Assembly (NCBI RefSeq): GCF_009914755.1
Contig: NC_060929.1
DNA length: 64,000 nt
Direction: 5' to 3' (one strand)
Origin: the human T2T-CHM13v2.0 reference genome, Homo sapiens
Below are positions 41,920 through 56,780 of the stretch, in pieces. How positions within the stretch are numbered: position 1 is the first letter of the stretch; each line of letters begins with the position of its first letter. Made by a program: the position numbers and the translations under genes. Below the pieces are notes generated by a model that saw only the letters and a program-made list of their open reading frames with translations, ran no database searches and was not told the DNA's origin.

Positions 41920-44680
41920 TCTGTTTGAGATTTGTTCTACACTCCAGTATACGATCTATCTTGGCAAGTGTTCCACGAGCTTGGGGGAAAAATGTATTCT
42001 CCAGGTATGCGATGAAGTTCCCACACATACATACACATAAATATAAATGTATATATTATAAATCATATGTGTGTATATAAAACTAATAGTATCTAATAGT
42101 TAACTATACAAAATACTAATAGTATCTAGTATATATATTAAAGATACCATTAATTTTTTGTCTTGTTCAGATATTCTAGATTCTTGCTAATTTTAGGTGT
42201 CTGAATCACTTGCAGGGAGGGGTTGTTAAAAGTCATTTATAATTGTGAATTTGTCCATTTATCTTTTCCGTTCTAACATTTATAATCACCATAGCTCCCA
42301 TGCAGATTCATCCTTCTATCATAATGTGATATCCTCCCTTGCCTCTAGTAATTTTATTTCCTCTAAAGTCTGCTCTGATATTTATATAGCCACTTCTGCT
42401 TTTAAAAGTTATTTTTAAAAATAATTGAAAGTGTTTTATCCTTTCACTCGGAATCTACCTATGTTATTGGGTTTACAGTTATTTCCTTGTGAACAAAATA
42501 TGGTAGTGTTGTACTTCTATGTTCACTCTGCCAATTTTTTTTAGCTTATGTATTTATACCATTTATATATAAAATAATTATTGATTTGTAGGGCTTAAGA
42601 ATGCCAATTTAATTTGTCCTCAGATATTTCTCTCACACTTTTTTTTTTTTTTTGCCTCTCTGTCACACATTTTTGCCTACCAATGGGTTATTTTAACATT
42701 TCGTAGTGTTCACTCTTGTATTTACTTATATATTCTTTTGGATATCACTTTTAATAGTTTTCTTGGTGGTCACTGTAAATATTAAAATATACAAGCAGTT
42801 TATATCAGTTATCAGTATTTTGCCTGTTTGAATAAATATTTGAACCTTACTTTTCTTTGGTTATTCTACTCCCTTAATTTTTAAATATAAGTGAATCAGT
42901 AATATTCTCTCTGTATATCAAACACCTCAATAGTAGATGTTATAATTTGTGCTTCAACGATCAAGTATGCTGTAAGACAGTTATGAGAAGGATATTCTAG
43001 TTATCTATATTTTTACTAATTCCTGTATTCTAGTCTTCTATCTTTTCTGGTTTCAAGCCATAATCTCTTATCATTTCTTTATATTTGAAAAGCTTCCTTT
43101 AGCCATTTTTCAAGATGTATGTCTGCTGCCAACAAATTCTCTAACTCTTCCTTCATTTAAAAATGTAATTGTTTTATTCTTTCTTGAAGAATAGTTTAAT
43201 TGGGTATCAAATTTGTCATTAAATTTTTTCTATGAATACTTGAAAATGTTAGGCCATGTTCTTCCAGCACCATGGTTTCACAAGAGAAATCTAAGCTCAT
43301 TCAAATTGATATCCTCTTATAAGTAGTGTCATTTCTCCCTGAGTGCATTAAAATTTTAGAATTATGTTGGCATGGATTTCTGTGGGTTTGTCCTATGTGG
43401 GAGTTGCTCAGTTTTGGTGATGTATTAGTTTATGTTTTCTGGCACAAATGGGGAAATTTCAACTTTTTTTTAATACATTTTGTACTCCATTCTTTCTCCT
43501 TCTGATACTCTGATGATATAAATTTAGATATTTTCTTAATTTATCATAAGTCCCTTATAGGTGATGTTATTTTTAATGATATTTTATTCCTGTTGTTAAG
43601 ATTGAGTAAATTCTATTTATTTGTCTTTATGTTTTCTGATTCTATTGTCTCTAACATTGAGCCCCTCCATTGAGTTTTCATTTCAGTTAATGTATTTTTT
43701 TAAATTCTGACATCTATCCCATTTTTTACAACTTTGGTCTATATGCTGAAAATTTTTTAATTGTTTCAAGAAAATCAGTAATTTTTTGTTGAATAATGTT
43801 ATGGTGGATTTTTAGAAAACTTTGTCAAATACTTTCAATTCATCTGTACTGACACAATTGTCTTGTCTTGCTTCTATATTTCTTCTGCATATGATGTTTT
43901 CTTGTCTGTTTCTAGATTTTTTTCTGCATATGATATGATAAAGTACTTCTGTACATGTGTGTCCATATTCGTCAGTAAATGTCACTTGTTAACTTGTTGC
44001 TGCTGGGTGCAACGCTAGAAAACATGGTTTTGTTGATTCTCTGCCACTAGGTGGAGTGCCGGGAGATATCCAGTAGACGTCTGCTTTGCTTGCAATACTC
44101 TCCCCTTCCCAAACCAAATGGAAGGAGTCCTCCTGTTTTGCTACACTTGATGTGGTTTGAGACCTGGCTTTTCCCACCCAGGCTTTTCTCTCTGATAACA
44201 CCACTGCAGACCAATTGGCTTGTCAGTGTGTGCGGGGCAGGAGAGGTTGGTTTGGGGCAGAGCTTGCCCACGTTCTGATGTTTCCATTGCTGCAGGTGAT
44301 TAGACTCACATTTCTACTGGTTACTGGTGTTCCTATCAAGTTCCTTCTGGACTTACTTCTTCCTATTTTATTGGCTGTAAAAAAAATTTTCTTCATATTA
44401 CTTTTCTATTTCTAATTCCTGTTAGCATTTTTTTTTTATTTGTAGGTTTCACCCAGTCTGTGACATGTGGGAGAATACAAAGAAATCCAGAAGGCTTTCC
44501 ATAGTGTTGTGTTGGTCGTCTACTGCTAATGTCTCCTCAACACTCTTTTCGTTTATTTCTTTTAGAGTCTTTTTATAATGTTTGTTGAATAATTCCCATA
44601 GTAATTTGCTTTATTTATAAGAGAAGAACAAGAAAAAGTAAAGCCATATTATCTTGTCCTGGGATCAGAATTCTCCTTAT
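41920..44680 (-). mobile_element. Ancient L1ME-like fragment (ORF2 N-terminus to 5' region)
   Basis: ORF 41807..42028(-) 'NTFFPQARGTLAKIDRILE' matches the L1 endonuclease motif (YTFFS..HGTFSKIDHIL); degenerate inter-ORF/ORF1-like sequence follows. Confidence 0.65.
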
Positions 44681-44855
44681 ATAATTTAAAATATAAATGT
44701 TATAAATTTTGTATCTGATAATAATTTTATCTGTAATTAACAAACACCAATTCACTTACCATTTCTTCCCCACTACAGAATACGCTGTTAATCCCATTCT
44801 ATGGATTTTCATCTCAGGCACTGTAGCTTTTCGTTCTAGAATTTTAATTAGAGCA

Positions 44856-45592
44856 TTTTTTTCTGACTTTTATTTTAGGTTCATAGCATACATATGCAGT
44901 TTTATTACATAGACAAATTGCCTGTTACTGAGGTTTGTTGTGCAAATAATCTCGTCACTTAAGTACTGAGCATAGTACTCAATAATTTTTCTAACCCTCC
45001 TCCTTCCCTCCTCCTACTTCTGTTAGTCCCCCGTGTCTGTTGTTACCATCTTTGAGTTCATGTGTATTCAATGTTTAGCTCACACTTAAGAGTGATAACA
45101 TGTGATATTTGATTTTCTGGTGCTGCATTAATTTGCTTAGGATAATGACTTTCAGTTGTATCCATGTTGCTGCAAAGAGCATGATTTCCTTTTTTATGGA
45201 TGTGTAGTATTCCATGGTATATATTCACCACATTTTGTTTATCCAAGTTCACTGTTGGGGGGCATCTAGGCTGATTTCGTGTCTTTGCTATTGTGAATAG
45301 TGCTGTGATGAACACGAGATTACATGTGTCTTTTTGGTAGAAAGATTTATTTTCTTTGGGGTGTACACTCAATGATGGGATTGCTGGGTTGTATGGTAAT
45401 TCTGTTTTCAGGTTTTTGAGAAATCTTTAAACTGCTTTCCACAGTGGCTGACCTAATTTACATTCACAAACAAGATATAAGTTTTCTCCTTTCTCCACAA
45501 CCTTGCCAGCATCTGTTATTTTTTGACTTTTTAATAATAACTATTCTGACAAGTGTGAGATGGTATCTCATTGTGGTTTTAATTTGCATTTC
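44856..45592 (-). mobile_element. L1PA15/16-like 3' end
   Basis: 3'UTR 'acttttattttaggttca..gtactgagcatagtactcaata'; ORF2 C-terminal peptide in 45058..45372(-); TSD-like taattaga(gc/ta)attttt at 44845-44860 and 45593-45608. Confidence 0.85.
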
Positions 45593-48500
45593 TAATTAGA
45601 TAATTTTTATATTTTATGTCTTAAATTTATGTGAGTATGTTGATTATTCTTTACTGGGGTAAAATAATCATAACATAAAATTTACCATCCTAATCATTTT
45701 TCAATGTACAGTTTGGTGGTATTGAATACATTCATAATGTTGTACAGCCATCACTACCATTCATCTCTATATTTCTTTCTATTTTATAAAACTGAAATTC
45801 TTGCCCACTAAACAATAACTCTCCAGTCACACCCTCAACCACCTTTCTACTTTCTCATTATGATTTTGACCTGAGTACTTCATACTATATTACACAAATA
45901 CTATATATAGTATTTGTCTATGTATTTCCAGTTATGTGTGACTGGATTATTTTACTTCATGTAGTGTACTTAAGGTTCATCCACGCTGTATAATATGTCA
46001 CAGTTTTCTTTTTAAAGGGTAAATAATATTCCATTATACATATATACTACATTTGCTGTTCCATTTATCTGTTGATGGACATTTGGGTGGCTTCCACATT
46101 TTAGTTACATTAAATAATGCTACTATAAACATAGGCATACAAATATTTTTTCAAGATGCTCTTTTTAACTATTTTGGGTATAAAGACTGAAGTGGAATTG
46201 CTGGATTACATAACAACTACTAATATATTAATATTTTCTTTTTTTTGAAAAACCTTCATACTTTTTTCCTCAGCAGATACACCATCTTACATTGCTAGCA
46301 GCAGTACTCAAGGGTTTCAATTTTTCTACATCCTCATCCCTATTTGCTATTTTCATTCTTATTTTACAGTAGCCATCCAAAGTATGTGAGGTGGTATCTT
46401 ATTGTACTTTTGATTTGTGTTTTCTTAAAGACTAGCAATGGTGAGCATATTTTTCTGTTTATTGGCCATTTGTATTTCTTCTTTGGACAAGCATCTACTC
46501 AAGTCCTTTGTCCATTGCTGAATTGGATTGGGTTTTGGTGTTTTGAGACTGGGGGATTCTCTAAATATTCTGAATGTCAATCTCTTATCAGATAAATAAC
46601 TTGCAAATATTTTCTCTTTTTCTGTATGTTGCCTTTTTACCCTATTCATAATGCCTTTGGTTATATAATTTACTAAAAATTTTACAAAGTCCAATTTGTC
46701 AATTGTTTTTAGTTGCCTGTGCATTTTGTGTTATATTTAAGAAATTACTGTCAATCCAACATCACAAAGCTTTTGCCCTATGTTTTCTAAGAGTTTTACT
46801 GTTTTCACGTTACATTAAGGTTTTTGATCCATTTTGAGTTAAATTTTTGTATTTGCTGTTATTTAAAGGTCCAACTTTATTATTTTGCATCAGGATGTCC
46901 AGTTTTCTCAGCACTATTTGTTGACAAGACCATCATTTCCCCATTAAATGGTCTTGGCAACCTTGTCAAAATCCAAATGTGAGGGTGTATTTCTGGACTC
47001 TTCACCATAGTTTATTGGTCTATATGTCTGTCTGTATTTCAGTAAATATTGTTTTGATTACTGTAAATTGTAGTAATTTTTGAAATCAGGAACTGTGGGT
47101 ATTCCAGTTTTGTTCTTTGTTTTCAAGATAGTTTTGGTTATACGAGGACCCTTCAGATTCCAAATGAATTTTAGAATGTGTTTTTCTATTTCTGCAAAAA
47201 AAAAAAAAGGGGGGGGAGGAATTTCAGGAGGGATTGCATCAAACTGTAGATTGTTTTGTTTAATATTGACATCTTAGCAATACTAATTCTTCCAATCCAT
47301 GAACATAAAATGTGTATCCATTTATTTATGTTTTATTTACCATCTCTCAGTGATGTTTTATTGTTTTCATTGTACAGGTCTTTGACCTTCTGTGTTAATT
47401 CCTAATTATTTTATTTTTGATGATATTTTAAATGGGATTGTTTTTATGATTTCCTTTTCAGATTGTCCATTGTTACTGACTAGAATGCAATTTATTTTTG
47501 CTTGTTGACTTTTTATCTTGCTAGGTTTCCAATCTCATTTATTAGTTAAATTGTTTTATATTTATTTATTGTGTGAAATCTTTGGGGTTCTACATACAAA
47601 CTTACATAATCTGCTTACAACGATAATTTTATTATACTTCTTTCTTTTCAATTTGGATGTCTTTTATTTATTTTTGGGGTAGTTGCTCTGGCTAGAATGA
47701 CTATGTTGAATAGACGTGGTGAAAGTGAACAACATCCTTGCTCAGATCCTGATCTTAGAGAAATACCGCTCATATTTCATCATGTTGGCTATATATTTTT
47801 ATATATGGTTTTTATTATGTTTAGGTAGTTTTATTTCTTTTTATTTCTAGTATTTCAGATGTGTTTATCATTAAAATTTTAGTTTTGTCACCTGCTTTTT
47901 CTGCATCAATTGAATCATGATTTTATTCCATTTCATTCAATTAAAGTGGTCTACTAGGTTGATTAATTTTATATGTTGGATTATCCTTGCAATCAGGAAT
48001 AAATCTCACTTGGTCATGATATATAATTCTGTTAATATGCTGCTGAATTTAGTTTGCCGTATTTTGTGGAGGATTTGCATCCTTTGATGTCCAGGTAACA
48101 TTAGCATCATAGAATGAGTTAGGAAGACCCCTGACTTTCAAATTTTTGGAAAAGTTTGAGAAGGAATGGTGTTGTTATTTAAATACTTGATAGATTTCAC
48201 CAGTGAAGCTATCAGGTTTAGGGCCTTTATTTATAAGGAGACTTTTATTACTTATTCACTACCCTTACTAGTTGTAGGTTTATTCACATTTTTTTCATTA
48301 TGATTAACACTTGGTGAATTTCATGTTTCTTGGAATTTGTCCATTTCATCTAGGTAATCCAATGTGTTAACATACGTATCAATATTACTCTTTTATAATC
48401 CTTTTTTATTTCCAGAAAATTATCAGTAATTTCTTCACTTTCATCTCTGATAATAATTTTAGTCTTCTCTCTTTTTTTCTTAGTCTAATTGGCAAAAGGT

Positions 48501-49468
48501 TTGTCGTACAATCTAGCAAAAAGTTTTTTATCTTTTCAAGGAGCAACTGGTTTTATTGGTTTTCTTTATTGTTTTACTATTATTATTTTTCATTTATCTA
48601 TGCTCTAATATCTTTATTTCCTATCTTTTCTGTTTTTTTTTCTATTTTAATAAGTTGTAAAATTAGGTTGTTGATTTGAGATATTTCTTATTTTTTTAAT
48701 GTAAGTGTTTAAAATTATAAATTTTCCCCTAAATTATGTCTTTGCAGCATCCCAAAAATTTTGGTATACTCTGCTTTTATATTCATTTGTCTCTAAATGT
48801 TTTCTATTTTCCCTTGTGATTTCTTCTATGACCCATGGGTTAAACGTGTGTTATTTATTTTCCACAAATTTGTAAATTTTTCAGTTTTACTCCTGCTATT
48901 GGTTTCTAACTTTACTGTGATTAGAGAAAACACATTGTATGATGTCTAGCTCTTAAAATCTACTGACACTTAATTTATGGTGTATTATATGGTCGATTCT
49001 GTAAAATGTTTTATGTGCCCTTGACAAAAATTTGTACGGTGTTGCTGTTGGGTAGAGTGTTTTATATATGCCTGTTTGATTAAGTTAATTTATTGATATT
49101 TTTAAAATGTTCTTTATTTCCTCACTTATCTTTTGTCTGGTTGTTTTATTCATTATTTAGAGTAGTATATGGAAGTCTCCTCCAGTATTACAGTTTTCCA
49201 TTGCCTATTTATCCCCTAAATTATAACAAGTAGTTTTATGTATTATAATGGTCTGCCATTAAATGGGTAAATCTTCATAATTTCTATATCTGGTTGCTGA
49301 ATTAAAACTTTTATTAATATATAATATCTTTTGAATCCTTGAAACCTTTTTTAAATTTAGTATCTATATTGTCTGAGATTGATATGGCCAACTTTGTTCT
49401 CTTTTTTACAACTGTTTACATGGTACATTGTTTCCATTTTTTACTTTCAATAAATTATTTTTTTCATT

Positions 49469-49531
49469 CTTTTTTTTCTTTAACTTTTATTTCAACTTTC
49501 CGGTGTACATGGGCAGGATGTGCAGGTTTGT
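49469..49531 (-). mobile_element. Micro-L1PA 3'-end fragment
   Basis: 'ttttttctttaacttttatttcaactttccggtgtacatgggcaggatgtgcaggtttgt' matches an L1PA 3' terminus. Confidence 0.7.
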
Positions 49532-49895
49532 CTTGAGTCTCTTATAGACAGCATATAGTTGAATCATAGTTTGTTTTAATCCATTCTGCCTATCTTTTGA
49601 TTGGAGTTTAATCCATTTACATTTAAAATAATTACTGCTAAGGAAGGACTTCCTTCCTTCATTTTTCTATTTATTGTCTTTGTGCCTTATAGCTTTTTGT
49701 TCTTCATTACCTGCATTTATTTCTTCCTTTGTGTTTAGTGGACTTTTTTCATAGTGAAATGTTTAAACTCCTTTCTCATTGTTTTTGTGTGTATATTCAA
49801 TGACTCTTTCTTTTGGGGTTGTCATGAGGATTACATTACTATCCTAAAGTTATAACATTGTAATTTGAATTTATACCAGCTTAACTTTAAAAAAA

Positions 49896-49961
49896 TTAGG
49901 CTGTCGCAAAGGTAATTATGGTTTTTTATTAAAAGTAATGGCAAAAACCGCAATCACTTTT
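49896..49961. mobile_element. Truncated MADE1
   Basis: ttaggctgtcgcaaaggtaattatggtttt..aaaagtaatggcaaaaaccgcaatcactttt; the end of the right TIR is missing. Confidence 0.8.
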
Positions 49962-51579
49962 CTCAAAATGATTTCTGAACCTGGACCTCTCTCTAGACAT
50001 TTATAGTCACTTTCTAATTTTTTCTGTATATGCCTTTATTTTAAAAATATTCTACTGTTTAATATCTGACTCCCAAAACAGGAAAAGAAAAATTAAGGGG
50101 AAAAATAGGACACTGGCTCTTTAAGTCCCCATGAAGTCATTTCTACTGGAGGGAGAATTATTTCCAGGCAATAAACTGCAGCAATTGTTGGGCCTGTTAG
50201 AGATTAGTGTCATTCATTGTCTGATGTCCAGTGCTGTAAATTATTGTTTATATATTTTGCTCTGCTTTACAGTTGTTTTAGGTAGGAGGCAAATTCATTT
50301 TCTCTCCTTTTGTCTTTGCAAGAAGCTGAATTTCTAATTTGTTTATATTTAATTATTTATTTAAATATTGATTTGTTATCCCTAAAACCAATTGTATAAA
50401 CACATGCATTTTTTGATTCTATTTTCTGTAATATTTACAATCACTGCCATATATATATATATGGCATATATATAGATATATAGCTCAGTTTACTTTTGTT
50501 CCTTGGTACAGATTATTTGTCTCCATTTGTTCATGTTCTAATTCCCTTTTCTATCCATAATCCTTTCATCCAAAAAACTCTCAACATTAAAAAGTCACAT
50601 ATATAATACAAGAAACTGACTGCCATAAAAATATGCCTGTCACATTTCCTATTTTGAGGATAGCAATTGATTAACATCCCTAGCTGCTACATCCAAATTT
50701 GTACTGAGCACACCTTCCATGGGTAACTCAAATAAACTGAGCACAGTAGTGTTACAAAGATACTACTATTCCCTTGAAATTTCAGACAGATTGACTGGGT
50801 GACTTTGGCTTGAAGCCTCTCCATTAGTTTCACTGAAACTTTTTTTAGAAATGTATGATAGTTTGAAACCTTTTCTTTCTTCACTCTTCTTCACAGTGCT
50901 TAGAACTTCACTGTGGTCTTTTCATTGAGGATCACAACAAATACAGAAATTTATTTCATTTCTTATTTTCAATAATTGCATTATTATTAATAGCTAAAAA
51001 CAGTTAAATTCTTAACACTCTCACCCATAAAATTACATTTTAATGAAGAAAATTTGCAATAAACAAAAGAAATTTTAAAATCCACTAAGAATTAATGGAA
51101 AATATATCTTCATTTCAACGTGTACTCACTTCCAGAAAACAAGGATATTGTAATATTTTAAAGTTTATTTTATGAGTGTGTAGGAAGGAGCATACTGTAA
51201 TTGATCAGAGTTTTTCTTATAAAGAACATTTCTTTATCTATGCCTGCTAGTAAAAGAATCATAAATCTTACTTATGCTGTTTTATTTCTTTAAATTTTTC
51301 TCCATTCATCTACTCATTTAGGAAATTTACGGAACCATTATTGCACATGTATGGACAGTGTACTAGGTTCTGCAGAGGGAAAAAAGCAAAACAAAGCTAT
51401 AGACTCTTAGGAAACTCTCTTGAGAGAATTGTTTGTTTAAAAACAAAAATTCACACAAAAATTTGCAAACAAAAATTACAACTCCAATAATTGGACGTCC
51501 TTGTTACTATGGGAGAATACACAGGAAGAAAATGATAGGCTTTCAAAAATTAATAATAATGGGGTTTTTGCTTGATTAC

Positions 51580-52047
51580 TGCATTAGTTTCCCTTCGCTG
51601 CTGTAACAAATCACCACAACCTTAGCGTCTTAAACGAACACACATTTATTCTCCGACAGCTCTGAAGGTCAGAAGTTTGAAATCAGTTTCAAGGTGGCAG
51701 CAGAGCTTATGTTCTCGGAGGCTCAGAGGGAAGAATCTGTTTGCCTGTCTTTTTCTGCTGCTAGGGGCTTTATTGGCTTATAGCCCCTTTCTCTATCTTG
51801 AAAGTGTATCCATCCATTCTCTGCTTTCATATCACATCAGCCTCTCCTCTCTAATATTCTGCCTGTTCTTATGGGGACCCCTGTGATTATGTCAGATGAA
51901 CCTTAATGATCCAGGAGAAAACTTTGCTACTCAAGATTCTTAACTTAATCAAATCTGCAGTGTAACTTATGCTATAAGAGGGAACATTCATAGGTTCTGG
52001 ATATTTACACTTGGACACCATATGGGGGCCATTAGTAGCCTACCATA
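51580..52047 (-). mobile_element. MLT1D-like LTR
   Basis: tgcattagtttcc..gctgctgtaacaaatcaccacaa..gaaggtcagaagtttgaaatc..gggggccatt..gcctacca. Confidence 0.85.
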
Positions 52048-53210
52048 GTAACCAATGAAATGTGATTTCATCCCGCAAAGTTATATTTTAGGCAAGTAAA
52101 ACAGGTATTACACAGAAATTTTAAATAGCTCTTTGAAAACAACAACAAAATACTAATCTAAAACAATTTTTATGTTCTTTTTGGTTGGCTCTACTTACAC
52201 ATCTTTCAGGGAAATTTTTTATGTTAATATATTATCTGAGAGAACAGACATTGCTACATATATGTTAATTCTTAGATTTTTCCCTGAGGCAAGTTTCCCT
52301 GCGAACATTTGGCAGCTCAAATGAAGAAGAAAATGGAGACTTCAATTTATGTATTTGCAGAGGTGACTCTCCATGTTATTTTTCCTGTGTGCCTCACTAC
52401 ATTTCTGAGAAGTAGATTTCTTTTGAAGTCATTGCACTCCATCCAGTCTCTCTTTGCCAATTAATCCCTAGCATATCATTTTATATGCCTGGCAGTCTGC
52501 CAATTATTGAAGGTGGCTTTTGACTTTAGTTAAATGTCCATTTTTCCATTTTTAATAAGATTCATACTCTTTGCATAGATATCGCTAAAATACTATTCCT
52601 TAGTAATTGTCATACTTATCTTTTTTTCTCATATATTAACTATATCTAAAATTTCATTCCTATATCTACTAATTTCCTAAAATGTTTCATTAGGCTAAAT
52701 TTAAATTGTGTATGCATTATAATAGGATACAAATGAACTTAAATCATTCTCCAATTTTAGGTCTAAATAGGTGAATTTATTGCATCACATCTAGCTGTAT
52801 CTTAAGTGCCAGCCACACTGTCTGTCCCCCAAACTGGAAGACGAGCATAAAATATATTTTATTTTTGTTTATGTTTCTCTTACTCCTAGTGTTAGAATGA
52901 AGCTGATTGAAAATTTTAAGCTCACTTAATTCTAAGATTTTTTCCTCAATCAAAATACAAACACAGAGAATAAACACAAATTCAAAATAAGGATTACAGG
53001 TTTTAAAAAATGTGTTCTTTCCTGAGACACTGGGTTTAGACTATTTCTTTACGTAAATTCATTTAATTATTTAAAATACTCTGGACATTTTAGAATATTT
53101 GTGTATATTATATCATTAATATTGATGCAAACTTTATTTGAACATGAAGGTATAATATTACCTATCAAAATGTTGCCTCACTTGAAAAATATAAAATACA
53201 GCATTTGTCA

Positions 53211-53643
53211 TGGTATATTTTTGTTGCTCTGACTGGATAAAGAAAAGAGGCTTATTTATCTCAAGGCTCTATCACTCTCAGAAGTTTAAGGGCATAGTCC
53301 TGACTTCTGAAAAGGCCTTTTGTACTATGTCATAACATGGCAAAGATGGTCAATGGGGAATTACTTCTCCTAGACACATGTGAAGAGAGAAAACCGTAGG
53401 GCACCCTGGTTTTATGACAACCCAGTCTCATAGGAACTAACTCATTTTCTGGAGAACTAACCTGATCTCACCAGAGGATGAACTCACTCACTACAAGCAC
53501 AGCAGTACCAAGCCTCTCCTGAGAAATCCACCCCAACGGCCCAAATACATTCCACTAGCCACACCTCCCAACCACCACCACATTGAGTAACAAATTTCAA
53601 TATAAGTTTTGATGAAGGTACACAAACCATATCTAAGCCATAA
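53211..53643 (-). mobile_element. MST-family (MSTB/C-like) LTR
   Basis: 'aaagaaaagaggcttatt', 'cataacatggc', 'ccacacctcccaa..cacattgag..caaatttcaa' and 'aaaccata'. Confidence 0.7.
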
Positions 53644-53737
53644 TGATATTTTTAAAGCATGATAGGTTATCTACATATAAATATAAATTATATATATATA
53701 TGTTTTAAATTGCATGTTTTTTCTATTTATAAAGGCA

Positions 53738-53935
53738 GCAATGCTTCATCTAATGTGTGCGTAAGAATCAATTGGGATGAGAGTTTAAAACAAATTTCTG
53801 GGCCTATTTAATTAAACTTAAGTTTGATTGAATAGATTTAAAGAAAGATACAGGAAAAGACTTTTTGTTTTAACAAACTATTCACATGATTTCGAAGCAG
53901 GCATTAAATACGGGACCATTTGGAAGACGCAGCAA
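53738..53935. mobile_element. Possible MER5-like hAT fragment
   Basis: 'gcaatgcttc..taagaatcaattggga..tttctgggcc..tttaacaaac..catgatttcgaagcag' loosely resembles MER5. Confidence 0.4.
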
Positions 53936-55347
53936 CACAGGTGCAGATTCTCTGCAGTTTGATTCACATCTTTTAAAGTTTACTGCCAGTTTAATCTTGT
54001 TTCTTTATAGAAAGTTTGGTGAATCGTGATTTGCTTTATACCAGATTATTAACAAAATATCTTGTTATTAATGTGGGAATTTATCCTTTGTTCCTGTATG
54101 ATCTGGAAAAATGAAATCTGTAGCATTTGTGACTTTGAAATAAATAGGCTTGCTTTTAGTTTCTTTACTATAAACTCTTAGAGAAATCATCTGAAATTTA
54201 GTAAGACCATAGCTACTGTCATTGTAATAATTAAATTGATAATCGATATGGCTCCAGAATGTGTTCCATAAAATGCTATTTATTTATTATATAAGAAAAA
54301 TGGGAGCTGGGGGTGGGAGATCGGTGATGGGCAGAAGGCCTGTGGTTAAACGTGGGGCATATGTGAGAAAAAAAGGATTTCTTAATGACCCATCCCTCAC
54401 ATTTTTAGCAAAAGTTTATTACTTCATGCAACATAAGATTATTAATGTTTTCGGATTTTAAAATGCTTTCTTTGGCATAAGAGACATAGTATTTCTCTTT
54501 TGAGGGTGTATTGAAGTGTTGTATTCTAAAGCAAGAAAAATATTTGAAATTAATAAATTTCTAACTTATTAAATGCAAGATTTTTTTCTATAGCAGTAAT
54601 GTGAAGTCATGAAAAATCTGAACAAAATATGTGTATTCATTGTTCATATCCTATAAATTAATTTTTGAAAACAAGAAAACTCTTTTGTGTTTAAATAAAC
54701 CAGAATTAAAATCAGTATTTTTCTTTCAGCTACAATTGGCAGGAGCACATTTCAACCATAGAAAATACAAATGTATCTTACACCACGTGGATTGTTCTAA
54801 AAACTGATTGTATTTATTCTGTAGTCTAAAGTTATGATAAGTAAAGTCTTCAATAAATGATGTCAAGCATGATGACTACTTATTTGAGGATGGCCTTAAT
54901 AGTGTCTCTGTTTTTAACTGATCAAAGGGATAGAACTATTAATTGAAATAATTATTTTAATTTTTCTTTCATTCTTTCTGTATTCTAAAACGACATTGAT
55001 TATGTCTTTTTTACAGTTAAATCAAGTAGAATTTCTGATTGAGTAGCAAAATCCAAAATAATTCATGTTTAAATACAAATTTTAGGAATAATATCCCTAG
55101 GAAAGTCAATAGTGCATCAAAGTGGAATGGCTTAGCTGGATGATGTTAAATATTTGTGGTCATAATTAAGCTTTTAGAAGCCATTAGTGTGTCTTTTCAA
55201 TAACAATATAGATAAACATAGATTTACTAAAAATCTTTCTTCTAAGAAAATATAATTTATTATTATTACTGTTGACATTTATTTAGTCTTTATGTGATAA
55301 TCAATATGTAAAGAATCTTCAGAAATAAACTAATTGATTATATACAC

Positions 55348-55490
55348 AACCCTTCTAAATTTATTATTTTTATCGCCCATATTTTACAGATGAGGACATT
55401 GATAAAATATACAAGTAACTTCCTCAAGATTAAAAAAACTAATAATAGAATGTTAAACTAGATGTTTCTTTCTCTACTCTATAATGTGAA
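55348..55490 (-). mobile_element. MIR fragment
   Basis: 'cccatattttacagatgaggacattga..aagtaacttcctcaag' is the antisense MIR core. Confidence 0.65.
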
Positions 55491-55537
55491 ATCACTGATT
55501 ATAAACAAGCAATATAGATTCAATTAATCTATTATAG

Positions 55538-55943
<406 letters not shown>

Positions 55944-56780
55944 TGATGCCAATCTATGAAAATAGCAAGTTAAGCATCAACTATATTACTCTACAAATTT
56001 TGCAATGCTTTATTTTTTAAAAGCAAACACTGTTCTCTAGTGGCAGCTAACATTTTTGAAAATATGAAGTTGACCTTCAAATAAATGGTAAATGGTTGTC
56101 TTGTCTGCCAATCATTTTTATCTGCAGTGTAAGGTAAAGGTGATATGGCTTATTGCAAAAGACGAGGGGCATCATGAAAATGAATTTCAATATTCTTTGA
56201 TGTGTGTGAGCCATCAATTGTGAAAAAAAGCCTTAAGCATGAACAATGAAATCATAAATTCTCTTGCAATCTGTTATTTGTATAAAAGAAGAATAAAGAT
56301 AAACGTAACTATGGATTGCATGTGATAACATCGATAATGCAATGCACTCAACCCATGATAAGGAGAAAAAAATCATGTTTGATCTGTTGATAGGAATACA
56401 TACTGTAGTTCTATTGAAAATGATGTTAAAACTTTAAAGAAATGTAGATACAGAGGACATAAAAGCTCTAATTTATATGTAATAATAAATGAAATATAGC
56501 TGACATATAATAGAGGATAGAAGCAAAAGTACTTACAGATTTAAAAAATAGAAGGGTGAATAATATTGATCTCTTCCAAATTTCTAATCCAACATTACAT
56601 GATTTGAGGGTTACTTACTGTGACAAAATGTGTTGGATACAATAAAGTATAAATTGGCTTGCTATTACGGACTCTAAAAAAACTATACCATCACCACTAT
56701 GGTCTTATCGTTTCAGCAATGCCCTCACTAATGACTCGGATAACCCATTGATAAACAATTACTGAAACATTTAGACGTAC

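Larger units (their letters stand above)
45645..50150 (-). mobile_element. L1MB-type LINE (3'UTR, ORF2, then jump to 5' region)
   Basis: 3'UTR 'taacataaaatttaccatc..tgtacagtttggtggtatt..acattcataatgttgtacagccatcac'; ORF2-like peptide 46425..46724(-) (EKIFASYLSDKRL...EEIQMANK). Confidence 0.85.

Noticed and set aside
50445-50466. 22-bp perfect palindrome tgccatatatatatatatggca
   Set aside because: It is mostly a self-complementary (AT)n run with only 4 bp of unique arm.
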